The notes: generated by a model not told the origin, from the sequence alone. DNA of 64,000 nt from Candidatus Spongiisociaceae bacterium (GCA_965262915.1 OZ253564.1:2496001-2560000); one strand, 5' to 3'; numbered from the stretch's first letter, positions 8,253 to 17,663 are shown. Translations and numbers: made by a program.

Positions 8253-9098
8253 CTAGCCGTCGCCCAGCTTGACGAAGAGGTCTGCCCCGGTAGGAGTGGA
8301 CAGGTGCACCCGTCCTGAGTCGGCCGGGAGGTGGACCAGGTCTCCCCGGCCTGCGGTTCGGTCGTCGATACCCAACTCCCCCGACGTGACATATCCGATC
8401 AGCAGACGGCCGAGCCGGTGCGGCTCCCGGTCTCGGTAGCCGGGGTGGAAGCGGGCCAGCAGGGAGCAAGAGCCGCTGATCCAGTTCCTGCTCAGCATCT
8501 TGACGGACAGGGACGGGTGGTCGAGGTTCCGCATCCAGTCTTCCCCCCGCGCCAGGACCGTCGCCGGGACCCAGGGCATGAGCGACGATGGCAGCCGGCG
8601 TATCCATCCCCGGGGGCCTACGGCCGTCTCCAGGTCTTCGAACAGGACGTTGCGACCGAGATCGTCGGAGGGCCGTACCCGCCGGGAGGCCGGCCCGCTC
8701 CGGTCGCCTTCGCTGACCCCCTCCTGCATCAACAGGCCCAGGAAACCTGTCGGGGCACGGGCTGCATGGACCCACCCAGGAGGTCGCCAGAAGTAGTCGC
8801 CCGCCGCCACTTCACCCTCCCCGTCGATCTCGCAGCCACCTTCGAGCACCAGACACTCCTCCACCGAGTCGTGATAGGCGGGACCGGGGTCGGCGAAGCC
8901 CGGCAGCAGGCGTACGAGGTCGATCCGCCGGGTGGTTTCGGGGTCGTCGAGCAGCGTTTTCTGCTCCCATAGGGAGTAGGTGGCCGCCAACTCCGCTTCC
9001 GGCCCCACGTTGCCCGCGTAGCCGTCCGGCATCCCTTCCACCGTGTCGAGCCCCCTGACCGGGGCGACCTGCTCGCCGCGGACCACCTGCGCAGTCAT
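8253..9098 (-). CDS. Bicupin protein (DUF4437/ChrR-like cupin)
   Basis: YHDSVEECLVLEG...GDYFWRPPGWVH cupin motifs; second degenerate cupin C-terminally. Confidence 0.7.
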   Translation of the reverse strand: MTAQVVRGEQVAPVRGLDTVEGMPDGYAGNVGPEAELAATYSLWEQKTLLDDPETTRRIDLVRLLPGFADPGPAYHDSVEECLVLEGGCEIDGEGEVAAGDYFWRPPGWVHAARAPTGFLGLLMQEGVSEGDRSGPASRRVRPSDDLGRNVLFEDLETAVGPRGWIRRLPSSLMPWVPATVLARGEDWMRNLDHPSLSVKMLSRNWISGSCSLLARFHPGYRDREPHRLGRLLIGYVTSGELGIDDRTAGRGDLVHLPADSGRVHLSTPTGADLFVKLGDG

Positions 9099-10495
9099 CC
9101 CGGCCCTCGGTCGGCGGTGGGCGGCTCCGGGTGCCGGGGAGTCCAGCCCGCCAGTTCCTGGACTACGGCGCCGCCGTCCAGCACCTCCGGTTCCGCGTGT
9201 GGCCGGCCGATCACCTGGATTCCGATCGGAAGGCCGTCCGGCGACCAGCCGACCGGGATGCTGGCCGCCGGGTGCCCGGTGAGCGAGCAGAGGGACAGGG
9301 GCCGGATGAGGGTCAGGTCGCGGGGCGTCACGACCCCGTCCGGAAACGCCAACTCCTCCTTGTCGGGAAACGGTGCGGTGACGTGTTGGGAGGGCGCTAC
9401 CACCAGATCGGCCGTGTCGAGGATACTGTTGAGGCGGTCCCGGTAGACGCCCCGCAGGCGCTGCGCGTCCACGTAGTCCACCGCACGCAACTCCATGCCG
9501 AGTTCCAGGTAGGCGAGGACGTCGTCACCGTAAAGGTCGGGGCGCTCCTCGAGCCGACGGCGGTGATAGGCGGACGCCTCTGCGGCCAGGATGACGAAGA
9601 TGGTGGCTATCACCTCCCCGGGATCGGCCACCTCCACCTCCTCGATCTCCGCCCCGGCGTCCGAGAGGCGGTCGAGGACCGAACGGAGCACGGACCCGAC
9701 CTCCGGTTGCATCGGCGTCATGAGTTCGCTCAGCAGAGCCACCTTGCGCACCGGCCTTCCGGTAGGTGGCCGGAGCGCGGCTGCCAGGGTGGCGGGATCG
9801 GTCGGGTCGGGTCCGACCATCAGCTCGATCAGTGCCCGGCTGTCGTCGATGGTGCGGGTCATCGGACCTACCGTGTCCAGCGACCAGGCCAGGGGTACGA
9901 CCCCTCGGTATGACACGTTGCCGTAGGTGGGTTTCAGTCCCGCCAATCCGCACAGCGCCGCGGGTTCCCTGACGGAGCCCGCGCTGTCGGTTCCCAGAGC
10001 TCCGAAGGCCTCTCCGGTGGCGACCGCGGCGCCCGATCCACCGCTGGATCCGCCCGGCATCCGGCTCGTGTCCCATGGGTTGCGGGTCGGAGGGGTCAGA
10101 GCCCCGTACGCGAACTCGTGGGTGTTGGACTTGGCGAGGATGATCGCACCCGCCGCCCGGAGACGGCCGACGACGGTGGCGTCATCGGTGGCCACATTCC
10201 CGGCCATCTGCCTCGAACCGGCTTCGGTGGGTGCTCCGGCTACATCGATGAGGTCCTTCACGACGATAGGCACCCCGTGGAGCGGTCCCCGCCACCTCCC
10301 CGAAGCTGCCTCCGCGTCGCGGGCGGCCGCCTCCTCGAGTGATTGGTCGGCCAGGACGAACGGCAGGGCGGCGATGTGCGGTTCCCACAACTCGATCTGG
10401 CGGAGGCAGGCTTCCACCAGGTCCCTGGCGGACAAGCGGCCCGAGCGGACCTCCCCGGCGGCCTCGATCAGCGACAGCCGGGCGATCCCGGTCAT
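9095..10495 (-). CDS. Amidase signature family enzyme (GatA/AtzE-like)
   Basis: GPLHGVPIVVKD, GGSSGGS, GTDSAGSVR (Lys-cisSer-Ser triad). Confidence 0.93.
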   Translation of the reverse strand: MTGIARLSLIEAAGEVRSGRLSARDLVEACLRQIELWEPHIAALPFVLADQSLEEAAARDAEAASGRWRGPLHGVPIVVKDLIDVAGAPTEAGSRQMAGNVATDDATVVGRLRAAGAIILAKSNTHEFAYGALTPPTRNPWDTSRMPGGSSGGSGAAVATGEAFGALGTDSAGSVREPAALCGLAGLKPTYGNVSYRGVVPLAWSLDTVGPMTRTIDDSRALIELMVGPDPTDPATLAAALRPPTGRPVRKVALLSELMTPMQPEVGSVLRSVLDRLSDAGAEIEEVEVADPGEVIATIFVILAAEASAYHRRRLEERPDLYGDDVLAYLELGMELRAVDYVDAQRLRGVYRDRLNSILDTADLVVAPSQHVTAPFPDKEELAFPDGVVTPRDLTLIRPLSLCSLTGHPAASIPVGWSPDGLPIGIQVIGRPHAEPEVLDGGAVVQELAGWTPRHPEPPTADRGPG

Positions 10496-10662
10496 CGGGA
10501 CCGGTCTGCGGGGAACGGATCGACGACGTACACGACGGGCAGCACCCGGTCGCGTGGCAGCTGCATGGCTACGGAACGGACCGTTCCGGCCAGCACCGTG
10601 GCCAGGTCCGGGGCTTCTACCTCCTCGCCGCCCGGCTCGTCGCGGGTTCGGTCATCGCCCAT
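10492..10662 (-). CDS. Unannotated 56-aa small protein translationally coupled to the amidase
   Basis: MGDDRTRDEPGGEEVEAPDLATVLAGTVRSVAMQLPRDRVLPVVYVVDPFPADRSR*; fills the gap, and its TGA overlaps the amidase ATG (ATGA). Confidence 0.55.
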   Translation of the reverse strand: MGDDRTRDEPGGEEVEAPDLATVLAGTVRSVAMQLPRDRVLPVVYVVDPFPADRSR

Positions 10663-10685
10663 CGGTCATCCCGAGGCGTGTCGAC

Positions 10686-11483
10686 TCATCCCGCCACGAA
10701 CCGGGCCACCCGCTCGGCGTACTCCTCCGGTACGCGGATGGGTAACTGGCCGGGCAATCCGGGAACAATCGAGATGCGGGCATCGGGGATCAGGGCGGCG
10801 GCCGGTTCGTCCTGATCGGCGAATATGTCGAACTCGGCGTCGAGCAGCAGGGTCGGGCAGGAGAGGCGTCGCAGGCCGGGCTCGGGGTCGTACCGGAAGG
10901 CGGCGTTGTAGGCCCACTCGTACCGATCCAGCACCGACAGGACATGGATCGCGCCCACATGCAGGACCGCCGGGTCCGAGTCTGCGCCCCAGATTCTCCG
11001 GTAGCGCTGCCAGGCCCATTCCAGATGCTTCCCCTCGGAGGTGGGTTGCATCGGCGGTGACCAGGATGCCAGGTATTGGCGGCGTTCCTCCTCGGTCATC
11101 AGCGGCACGCCGGTGAGGATGGCGTGGGTCGCACGACCGGGTTCGGCCTGCAGCGCTACCTCGAGGGCCAGTGACGCCCCCGTGTGGACTCCGGCGACCG
11201 CGAACGTGTCGAGGCCGAGGGCGTCGGCGGCCTCGAGCAGCATGGCCGAGTAGTCGGGTATCTCGAACCTGTCGTGGGGAGGCGGATCGGAATGCCCGTA
11301 TCCGGGAGTGTCGAAGGCGTAAGCACGCATGCGCCTGCCCAACTGCGGCAGGGCCCGTTGGTAGGCCATGCCCGACAGCGGCGACTCGTGGAAAAACAGG
11401 GCGGCCGGGCCGCGCTGCCCGGATGTGCGGTAGTGGACCTGGCCCCACTCGACATCCACATAGCCTCGCCGTACCGAATGCAT
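10686..11483 (-). CDS. Alpha/beta fold hydrolase with non-canonical nucleophile elbow
   Basis: RRGYVDVEWGQVHY, FHESP, FDTPGYGHSDPP, GVHTGA; start placed at MHSVRRG. Confidence 0.85.
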   Translation of the reverse strand: MHSVRRGYVDVEWGQVHYRTSGQRGPAALFFHESPLSGMAYQRALPQLGRRMRAYAFDTPGYGHSDPPPHDRFEIPDYSAMLLEAADALGLDTFAVAGVHTGASLALEVALQAEPGRATHAILTGVPLMTEEERRQYLASWSPPMQPTSEGKHLEWAWQRYRRIWGADSDPAVLHVGAIHVLSVLDRYEWAYNAAFRYDPEPGLRRLSCPTLLLDAEFDIFADQDEPAAALIPDARISIVPGLPGQLPIRVPEEYAERVARFVAG

Positions 11484-11535
11484 ATGCGGCGGAATGGTAC
11501 CGTGTGGCGGTGGAATCGGTGATGCGTCCGAGAAC

Positions 11536-13110
11536 ATGACGGCCGGCCTTCCTTCCGGCCTCCGCCAGGCTCTGCACGACATCCTCGGGAAGGACTCGGT
11601 CTTGGAGGGCGAGGACGACCGGCGCTTCTTCTCCCATGACATCTTCGAGGCCGGGGCGACAGCCGCGGCAGTGATCCGCCCCGGCACGGTCGAGCAACTC
11701 GCCACCGCGGTGCGCAACGTGACTACGGTCGGGTTCGCCGTCGTACCGAGGGGAGGCGGGGTCTCCTACACCGGCGGCTACCTCCCCGAGAGCGCCGCGT
11801 CGGTCATGGTCGACACACGGGCGCTCGACCGGGTGATAGATGTCAACACCACCGACATGTACGTGACGGTGGAGGCCGGCTGCACCTGGGAGCAACTCAG
11901 CGAGGTTCTCGAAGGGACCGGGACCAGGACCCCGTTCGGTGGGCCTTTCTCCGGCCGGTACGCCACCGTAGGCGGAACCCTGTCCCAGAACGCCATCCTG
12001 TGGGGATCGGCCGCCCACGGCGGGGCTGCCGACTCGGTGCTCGGACTGGGAGTGATACTGGCCGACGGCACGCTGGTGCGTACGGGGTCCGCCGCGACGT
12101 CGGCGGGGTCGCCCTTCCATCGCTACTTCGGTCCCGACCTGACCGGCGCCTTCCTGGGCGATTCGGGCGCTCTCGGGATCAAGGTCGAGGCCACCCTGCC
12201 TCTGATGCCGAAGCCCGCCGCCGCCCGGTTCGCCTCGTTCTCCTTCCGGGACCGGCGCAGGTTCGTGGACGCCATGGCCGACGTGGCGCGGTCGGGCACG
12301 GCCTCCACCTGCTTCGGGCTCGATCCGCTGCTCCAGTACCAGCGGGTCCGCAAGACCCGGCTGCGGGAAGGAGCCCGGAAGCTGCGAGGGGTGGTCGCCA
12401 CCGCGGAGACCACGGTGGCAGGCCTGAGGGAGGCGGCCGCGGTGGCCCTGCGAGGACGGCGGGTGGCCGACGTACACGGCTACGCGCTGCATGTGATCGT
12501 CGAGGGCCGCTCCGCCGAGGCGGCCGATGCCGCCATCGCCGAGATAACAGCCATGAGCCGTGCGGGCAGCCGCCAACTCCCCGATTCGGTCCCCCGGGTC
12601 ATGGTCGGCAACCCCTACGTGAGCCTGGCCGCCACGCTGGGGCCCGAGGGCGAGCGGTGGATCCCCACCCACGGCATCTTCCCGCTGTCGGCCGTGAACG
12701 ACGCCTGGGACCGGCTCGACAAGCTGTTCGCCCACTTCGCCGCACCGATAGAGCGGTTCGGGATCGTGACCGGTCTCCTGACGGCGGTGGTGGGCACGGG
12801 AGGCTGCATCCTGGAGGTGGTGCTGTACTGGCCCGGACCCCGCAACCTGTGGCACGAGCGGATGCTGGACCCCTCCAAGCTCAGCCGCTACCGGGACTTC
12901 GAGGACGACCCCGAAGTGGACCGCGTCATCGTGGAGTTGCGGTCCCGGCTCATCGAAACGTTCCATCAGGCCGGGGCGGCCCACCTGCAGATCGGCAAGC
13001 GATACCCCTACCTGGACGGGCTCGATCCCGGCGCCAGGGGCCTGCTGGAAGCGATCAAGGACCACGTCGATCCGCACCGCCTGACCAACCCCGGCTCGCT
13101 GGGCCTCTGA
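11536..13110 (+). CDS. FAD-binding oxidoreductase (GlcD/VAO superfamily)
   Basis: VPRGGGVSYTGG, VTVEAG, ATVGG, GDSGALG, C-terminal DPHRLTNPG. Confidence 0.9.
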   Translation: MTAGLPSGLRQALHDILGKDSVLEGEDDRRFFSHDIFEAGATAAAVIRPGTVEQLATAVRNVTTVGFAVVPRGGGVSYTGGYLPESAASVMVDTRALDRVIDVNTTDMYVTVEAGCTWEQLSEVLEGTGTRTPFGGPFSGRYATVGGTLSQNAILWGSAAHGGAADSVLGLGVILADGTLVRTGSAATSAGSPFHRYFGPDLTGAFLGDSGALGIKVEATLPLMPKPAAARFASFSFRDRRRFVDAMADVARSGTASTCFGLDPLLQYQRVRKTRLREGARKLRGVVATAETTVAGLREAAAVALRGRRVADVHGYALHVIVEGRSAEAADAAIAEITAMSRAGSRQLPDSVPRVMVGNPYVSLAATLGPEGERWIPTHGIFPLSAVNDAWDRLDKLFAHFAAPIERFGIVTGLLTAVVGTGGCILEVVLYWPGPRNLWHERMLDPSKLSRYRDFEDDPEVDRVIVELRSRLIETFHQAGAAHLQIGKRYPYLDGLDPGARGLLEAIKDHVDPHRLTNPGSLGL

Positions 13111-13352
13111 GAGCGGCGCCGGCCGAGCGGGTCGGCTCCATCCGACCGGATTGCCCCGCCGGAGGCACCAGGCGCTTGCCGGCGGTGACCGATCCGGCTC
13201 GTCGGTGTCGCACTCGCGGTCACGTAGCACCTGTCCGCGGGCCTGGCGAGTAGGGCCCGGTCTCGACCCGGCGGGCGGGCCGAGCGATACCCTATAGTTG
13301 CGCGCAGGGCGGCTATCCGTCGCCAACCCGGACACGGGGATCTGGAGACGAC

Positions 13353-14408
13353 ATGAACGAGTCGACCGCTACGGTGCCGAGAATGACCAGCCGGGAGCGA
13401 GTGCTGGCTGCGCTCCGACGGGAGCCGGTGGACAGAACGCCCGTCGCCAACCCGACCTCCGTGGCGACGGTCGAGCTCATGGATCTGGTGGATGCCTACT
13501 TCCCCGAGGCCAACCGCGACCCGGAACTGATGGCCCGCCTGGCCGCCACGGGTCATACCGAACTCGGTTTCGACAGCATCATGCCGGTGTTCTCGATCAT
13601 CCAGGAATCCTCCGCCCTCGGATGCAAGATGCAATGGGAACAGAAGGACAACTGGCCGACGGTCCGGATGCGGGAGCCGATCTGGGAGCAACCCGAGGAC
13701 ATCAACATTCCCGATGGCTTCCTGGACCATCAGGACACCAGGTGCGTGCTCGACGCGATCAAGATCCTGAGGCGGGAGTTCGGCGACGACGTGGCGATCA
13801 TCGGCAAGACGATGGGACCCTGGACTCTGGGGTACCACTGCTTCGGGGTCGAACCGTTCCTGCTGATGTCCTACGACGACGAGGCCAAGACCAAGGACGC
13901 TCTCGATCGCATGAAGGAGATCTCGGTGCTGTTCGGTGTAGCCCAGATAGAAGCCGGCGCCGACGCGCTCACCTTTCCTGATCATGCCACCGGGGACCTC
14001 GTATCCGGGGACTACTACTACCGCTACCTGAAGGACCTCCACATCGAGATGGTCGAACGCATCCCGGTTCCTTTGATCCTGCACATCTGCGGGCGGACGG
14101 TGGACCGGATGGGGTTCATAGCCGACACGGGAATGGCCGCCTTCCACTACGACTCCAAGAACAAGCCGCAGGAGTCCATGGAGGCCGTCCACGGCGGCAT
14201 CGCGCTGGTCGGCAACGTGAACAACCCCGAGACGCTCTTCTCCAGGGGACCGGCCGAAGTGCGGCAGCAGGTCCTGGCCAACCTCGAAGCCGGCGTGCAG
14301 ATGGTCGCCCCGGAGTGCGCCATCCCCCTCCAGACTCCCATCGAGAACCTGCTCGAGATCCCCAAGACCGTGCGGGACTGGCACGCCGAGCGTGCCTCGG
14401 CGGCTTGA
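13353..14408 (+). CDS. MtaA/CmuA-family methylcobamide methyltransferase (uroporphyrinogen decarboxylase fold)
   Basis: MTSRERVLAALRREPVDRTPV N-terminus, Zn-binding LHICG and C-terminal APECAIP; adjacent corrinoid gene. Confidence 0.88.
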   Translation: MNESTATVPRMTSRERVLAALRREPVDRTPVANPTSVATVELMDLVDAYFPEANRDPELMARLAATGHTELGFDSIMPVFSIIQESSALGCKMQWEQKDNWPTVRMREPIWEQPEDINIPDGFLDHQDTRCVLDAIKILRREFGDDVAIIGKTMGPWTLGYHCFGVEPFLLMSYDDEAKTKDALDRMKEISVLFGVAQIEAGADALTFPDHATGDLVSGDYYYRYLKDLHIEMVERIPVPLILHICGRTVDRMGFIADTGMAAFHYDSKNKPQESMEAVHGGIALVGNVNNPETLFSRGPAEVRQQVLANLEAGVQMVAPECAIPLQTPIENLLEIPKTVRDWHAERASAA

Positions 14409-14425
14409 GGGGAGACGCAGGAGAC

Positions 14426-15178
14426 ATGGCGGAACTGTCCGACATCGGCAACGAGATCATCCGGTTCGAGATCGAGGACTACCTGGAACGGCCGGAGGAG
14501 ATAAGCCGCAACATCGAGCTCTTCAGCCGGGCCCGGCCGCTCATGCAGGACATCGCCGCAGCCCTGATCGAGGGCGAGCACCACGATGTCGACCGCCTCA
14601 CGCAGCACGCGCTCGACGAGGGTATAGAGGCCCTCGAGGTCATGGACGACGGCCTGATCGCCGGGATGGGCATCGTCGGTATCAAGTTCAGGGAGAACTT
14701 CATCTTCGTGCCCGAGGTTCTGGCGTGTGCCCGCGCCATGAAGGCCGGAATGCGCTACATCGAACCCATTCTCTCCGCCTCGGGGGTCAAGCCGGCCGGG
14801 ACGGTGATCATGGGAACCGTCAAGGGCGACCTCCATGACATCGGCAAGAACCTGTGCATCATGATGCTGAGAGGCTCCGGGTTCGTCGTCGTGGATCTGG
14901 GGGTCGACACGTCGCCGGACGAGTTCATCGATGCGGTCGAGGAACACGAGGCGAAGGTGCTGGGAATGTCCGCGTTGCTGACCACGACCATGCCGAACAT
15001 GGGCCGGACGATCGAGGCGTTCATCGATGAAGACCTCCGCGACGAGGTGCAGATCATGGTGGGTGGCGCCCCGGTCACCCAGGAGTTCGCCGACGACATG
15101 GGCGCCGACGGCTACGGCAAGGACGCGCTCGCCTGCGTAGCCCTGGCCAAGCAGCTCATCGCGGATGCGCAGGCCTGA
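14426..15178 (+). CDS. Cobalamin-binding corrinoid protein (MtbC/MttC-like; MetH cap plus B12 domains)
   Basis: GLIAGM..VG..F...IFVPEVL cap; GTVKGDLHDIGKN (DxHxxG), SALLTTTM, VGGAP; GGAGAC RBS. Confidence 0.93.
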   Translation: MAELSDIGNEIIRFEIEDYLERPEEISRNIELFSRARPLMQDIAAALIEGEHHDVDRLTQHALDEGIEALEVMDDGLIAGMGIVGIKFRENFIFVPEVLACARAMKAGMRYIEPILSASGVKPAGTVIMGTVKGDLHDIGKNLCIMMLRGSGFVVVDLGVDTSPDEFIDAVEEHEAKVLGMSALLTTTMPNMGRTIEAFIDEDLRDEVQIMVGGAPVTQEFADDMGADGYGKDALACVALAKQLIADAQA

Positions 15179-15220
15179 AGGTGTCGCGGACGGGAGTTGC
15201 CGACGGCTCTGCGATAGCAA

Positions 15221-15290
15221 GTGGTCTTTCTGTGAGACGGCGGCGTGGCATGTGTGCAGAGCACGGCAAGTTGTCTTGCAGACAGACCAC
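15221..15290 (+). mobile_element. MITE family A, internally deleted copy (70 bp)
   Basis: Both ends retained: GTGGTCTTTCTGTGAGAC ... CAAGTTGTCTTGCAGACAGACCAC. Confidence 0.8.
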
Positions 15291-15311
15291 CAGACCCGAC
15301 GGCAGGATCAT

Positions 15312-16064
15312 TTGAACCCGGTGAGGCACGACCGGAGCCGGATCGAGGAGTTCAAGCACGACCTGGACCTGTACGGGTTCGTGGTCGTCGAGGATCTGAT
15401 CACCGCCTCCGACGCCGACCGCCTCGCCTGTCTTCTCGAATCGCTGATCCGTGAGCATCTTCCGTCGCAGGGCAACGACCTCGCGCTGCGGGGTGTCCTC
15501 AACTACATGGATCCCGAGGACTACGGACGGCTCAGTCCCCTGCTGGCCCATCCGGTATGCCTGGAGTTGGCCCATCACGCCCTGGGTGAATCCGTCCAGA
15601 TGGTGGAGGCGACGGCTCTGCTACGGAAACCTGGAGCGCCGGCCCACCCGCTGCATTGCACGGCTCCGGCCGCATGGTTCGCAGAGCAGGGTTTTCCGAT
15701 TCCGCGGTACCGTGTCGTGCTGCCGTTCTCCTGGATTCTGACCGATCTGACGCACGAGAGCGGTTCACGGTTGTTCATGCCCTTGAGTCAGCTATCGGGT
15801 CGGCTTCCGGATCCCGACCATCCCTACAAGCATGTGACCCGGATCGAGGCACCCGCCGGCTCCTTCGTCCTCTTCAACGGAGCAACCTGGCATGGGCTGG
15901 CGGCCAACGATTCCCTCTCGCATCAGCGTGTCGAGTTGGCGAGTGGGTACATGCCCGGTTGGTACGACGTACGCACTTCCGGCTATCGCCTGTTGGAATC
16001 GTCTGTTTGGGAGCGGATGCCGCCGGAGGTGCAGGCGCTCAACCCGCATGTGGCCGAGGAGTAG
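15312..16064 (+). CDS. Phytanoyl-CoA dioxygenase (PhyH) family Fe(II)/2OG protein with HxT motif
   Basis: YGFVVVEDLI, PLHCT, PAGSFVLFNGATWHG..AN...R; start placed at TTG 15312 after the MITE (GTG 15321 also possible). Confidence 0.8.
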   Translation: MNPVRHDRSRIEEFKHDLDLYGFVVVEDLITASDADRLACLLESLIREHLPSQGNDLALRGVLNYMDPEDYGRLSPLLAHPVCLELAHHALGESVQMVEATALLRKPGAPAHPLHCTAPAAWFAEQGFPIPRYRVVLPFSWILTDLTHESGSRLFMPLSQLSGRLPDPDHPYKHVTRIEAPAGSFVLFNGATWHGLAANDSLSHQRVELASGYMPGWYDVRTSGYRLLESSVWERMPPEVQALNPHVAEE

Positions 16065-16119
16065 CACCCGCGCGGGTAATCGGTCCGGCTGCTGCACCCG
16101 ATCCCGCCACCCGTTCGTC

Positions 16120-17265
16120 TCAGGCGGCGTGCGCCGCGACGAGCGATTCGTTGAGTTCTATCCCGAGGCCCGGGCCTGCCGGCACCTCGATGATCCCGGC
16201 TCGCACGCGTTCCGGAGGGTCGGTGATATCGGCTCGCCAGGCCACCTGACCCCACTGCAGTTCGAGGCTGTCGAGATTCTCGATGCCGGCGGCGAACTGG
16301 AGGGCCGCCGCGGTCGCGACGGGACCGCACGCGTTGTGGGGCGACACCGATACTCCCGCGGCGCCGGCCATGGCCGCGATGTGCCGCCCCTCCAGGATTC
16401 CACCGCAATGCATGGCGTCGGGCATCACCACGTCGAGCACATCCCGCCGGCACAGCGGCGCGAACCCTGCCGCCCCGAAGAGCAGTTCGCCGCCTGCGAC
16501 ACGTTGGGGTATGGACGCCTTGATCCGGGCTGTCGTGACCGCGTCGGTCGGGTCGGTTGGTTCCTCGTACCAGTCGAGACCGGCCGGCTCGAGCCTCCGG
16601 GCGATGTCGACGGCGCGCTCGAAGTCGAAGTACCGGTGGCAGTCGACTCGGATGGCCACTCCCTCTCCGACCGCTTCTCGCATGGCCACCACGCAGTCGA
16701 TACCGAGATCGGCGGCCCGCCGCGCCGCCTCGACGCCATCCTCGGGTGTGGGAAAGCCATCGAACGGTGCAGCCTTGACGGTGGAGAATCCCGCACCCGC
16801 GGCGCGCTCTGCACTGCGGGCGAAGCCGGCGGGTGATCGATCCGTCGTCGTCAGGTTGATGTTGGCGTAGAGCAGGACCTCCGACCGGAGAGCGCCCCCC
16901 ATCAGCACGTGGACGGGGGCGTCGAGAGCCTTCCCCGTTATGTCCCACAAGGCCTGCTCGATGGCGCTCATGGCGGTCCGGGCCCGGAGGCCGCCGCGCG
17001 CGGCGCTTGCCATGGCCCGGGAGCGGTACTGCTGGATGTCGAGAGGGGAACATCCATCGACCAGACGGAAGAATTCACCCAGCTCGTCGAGCCGGGTGGC
17101 TGTTCCTAGCGACGCCTCCCCGAGACCGGTGAGGCCCTTGTTGGTGTGCAGGCGCACGAACAGCCACACGTTACGAGGGCTGACCCGGATGGGAATCGTC
17201 TCCAGTTCGGTCACCGCCGGCGGCCCGCTCCCGTACAACAGTTGCCTCCGCTCGCCGCTGAGCAC
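16120..17265 (-). CDS. Mandelate racemase/enolase superfamily acid-sugar dehydratase (galactonate dehydratase-like)
   Basis: WLFVRL.T..GLTGLGEA, SAIEQALWDI.GK, VDCH, YEEP, GGE, PHN; start uncertain. Confidence 0.85.
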   Translation of the reverse strand: MLSGERRQLLYGSGPPAVTELETIPIRVSPRNVWLFVRLHTNKGLTGLGEASLGTATRLDELGEFFRLVDGCSPLDIQQYRSRAMASAARGGLRARTAMSAIEQALWDITGKALDAPVHVLMGGALRSEVLLYANINLTTTDRSPAGFARSAERAAGAGFSTVKAAPFDGFPTPEDGVEAARRAADLGIDCVVAMREAVGEGVAIRVDCHRYFDFERAVDIARRLEPAGLDWYEEPTDPTDAVTTARIKASIPQRVAGGELLFGAAGFAPLCRRDVLDVVMPDAMHCGGILEGRHIAAMAGAAGVSVSPHNACGPVATAAALQFAAGIENLDSLELQWGQVAWRADITDPPERVRAGIIEVPAGPGLGIELNESLVAAHAA

Positions 17266-17336
17266 CGATCCTATTGCGCGGGGGCAGTACCCGCCCTAGA
17301 GCAGAACTCATCTGGGTATCAAGGGCTGGTGCGAAC

Positions 17337-17364
17337 TACAATGGTATCCGATCTGATCATTGTA
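17337..17364. promoter_or_regulatory. Probable antitoxin operator upstream of vapBC
   Basis: Inverted repeat TACAATG-N14-CATTGTA in an AT-rich patch 30 bp before the antitoxin start. Confidence 0.55.
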
Positions 17365-17393
17365 ATAGTCAAAGCTCATTGGGAGAACCACAG

Positions 17394-17663
17394 ATGAGAG
17401 AAATCACGATGACCACCACACAGCGCAACCAGGTGACCATCCCGGTCGAGGTTCGGCGCCTTCTCGGCCTCAAGCCCAGGGACAAGGTCGCGTTCACCAT
17501 CGAGGACGGAGGTACCGTGCGCATTGATGCCGCTCCTTTCAGTCTGGAGTCGGCATTCGGATCCGTGACACCTGACCGCACCCCCGAAGACTTCGACCAG
17601 GTCTCCCGAGACGCCAAGGATGCCAAGGCCGCGCAGACCGCACGGGAACTCGGCGAGGCATGA
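17394..17663 (+). CDS. vapB: AbrB/MazE/SpoVT-family antitoxin (VapB)
   Basis: TQRNQVTIPVEVRRLLGLKPRDKVAF; overlaps the toxin start (ATGA). Confidence 0.85.
   Translation: MREITMTTTQRNQVTIPVEVRRLLGLKPRDKVAFTIEDGGTVRIDAAPFSLESAFGSVTPDRTPEDFDQVSRDAKDAKAAQTARELGEA

Noticed and set aside
10666-13335. 889-aa minus-strand ORF, and many other long overlapping ORFs (e.g. 28838..30667, 44597..46051, 53650..55443)
   Set aside because: Antisense or alternate-frame shadows of well-supported genes, expected in high-GC DNA; no recognisable motifs
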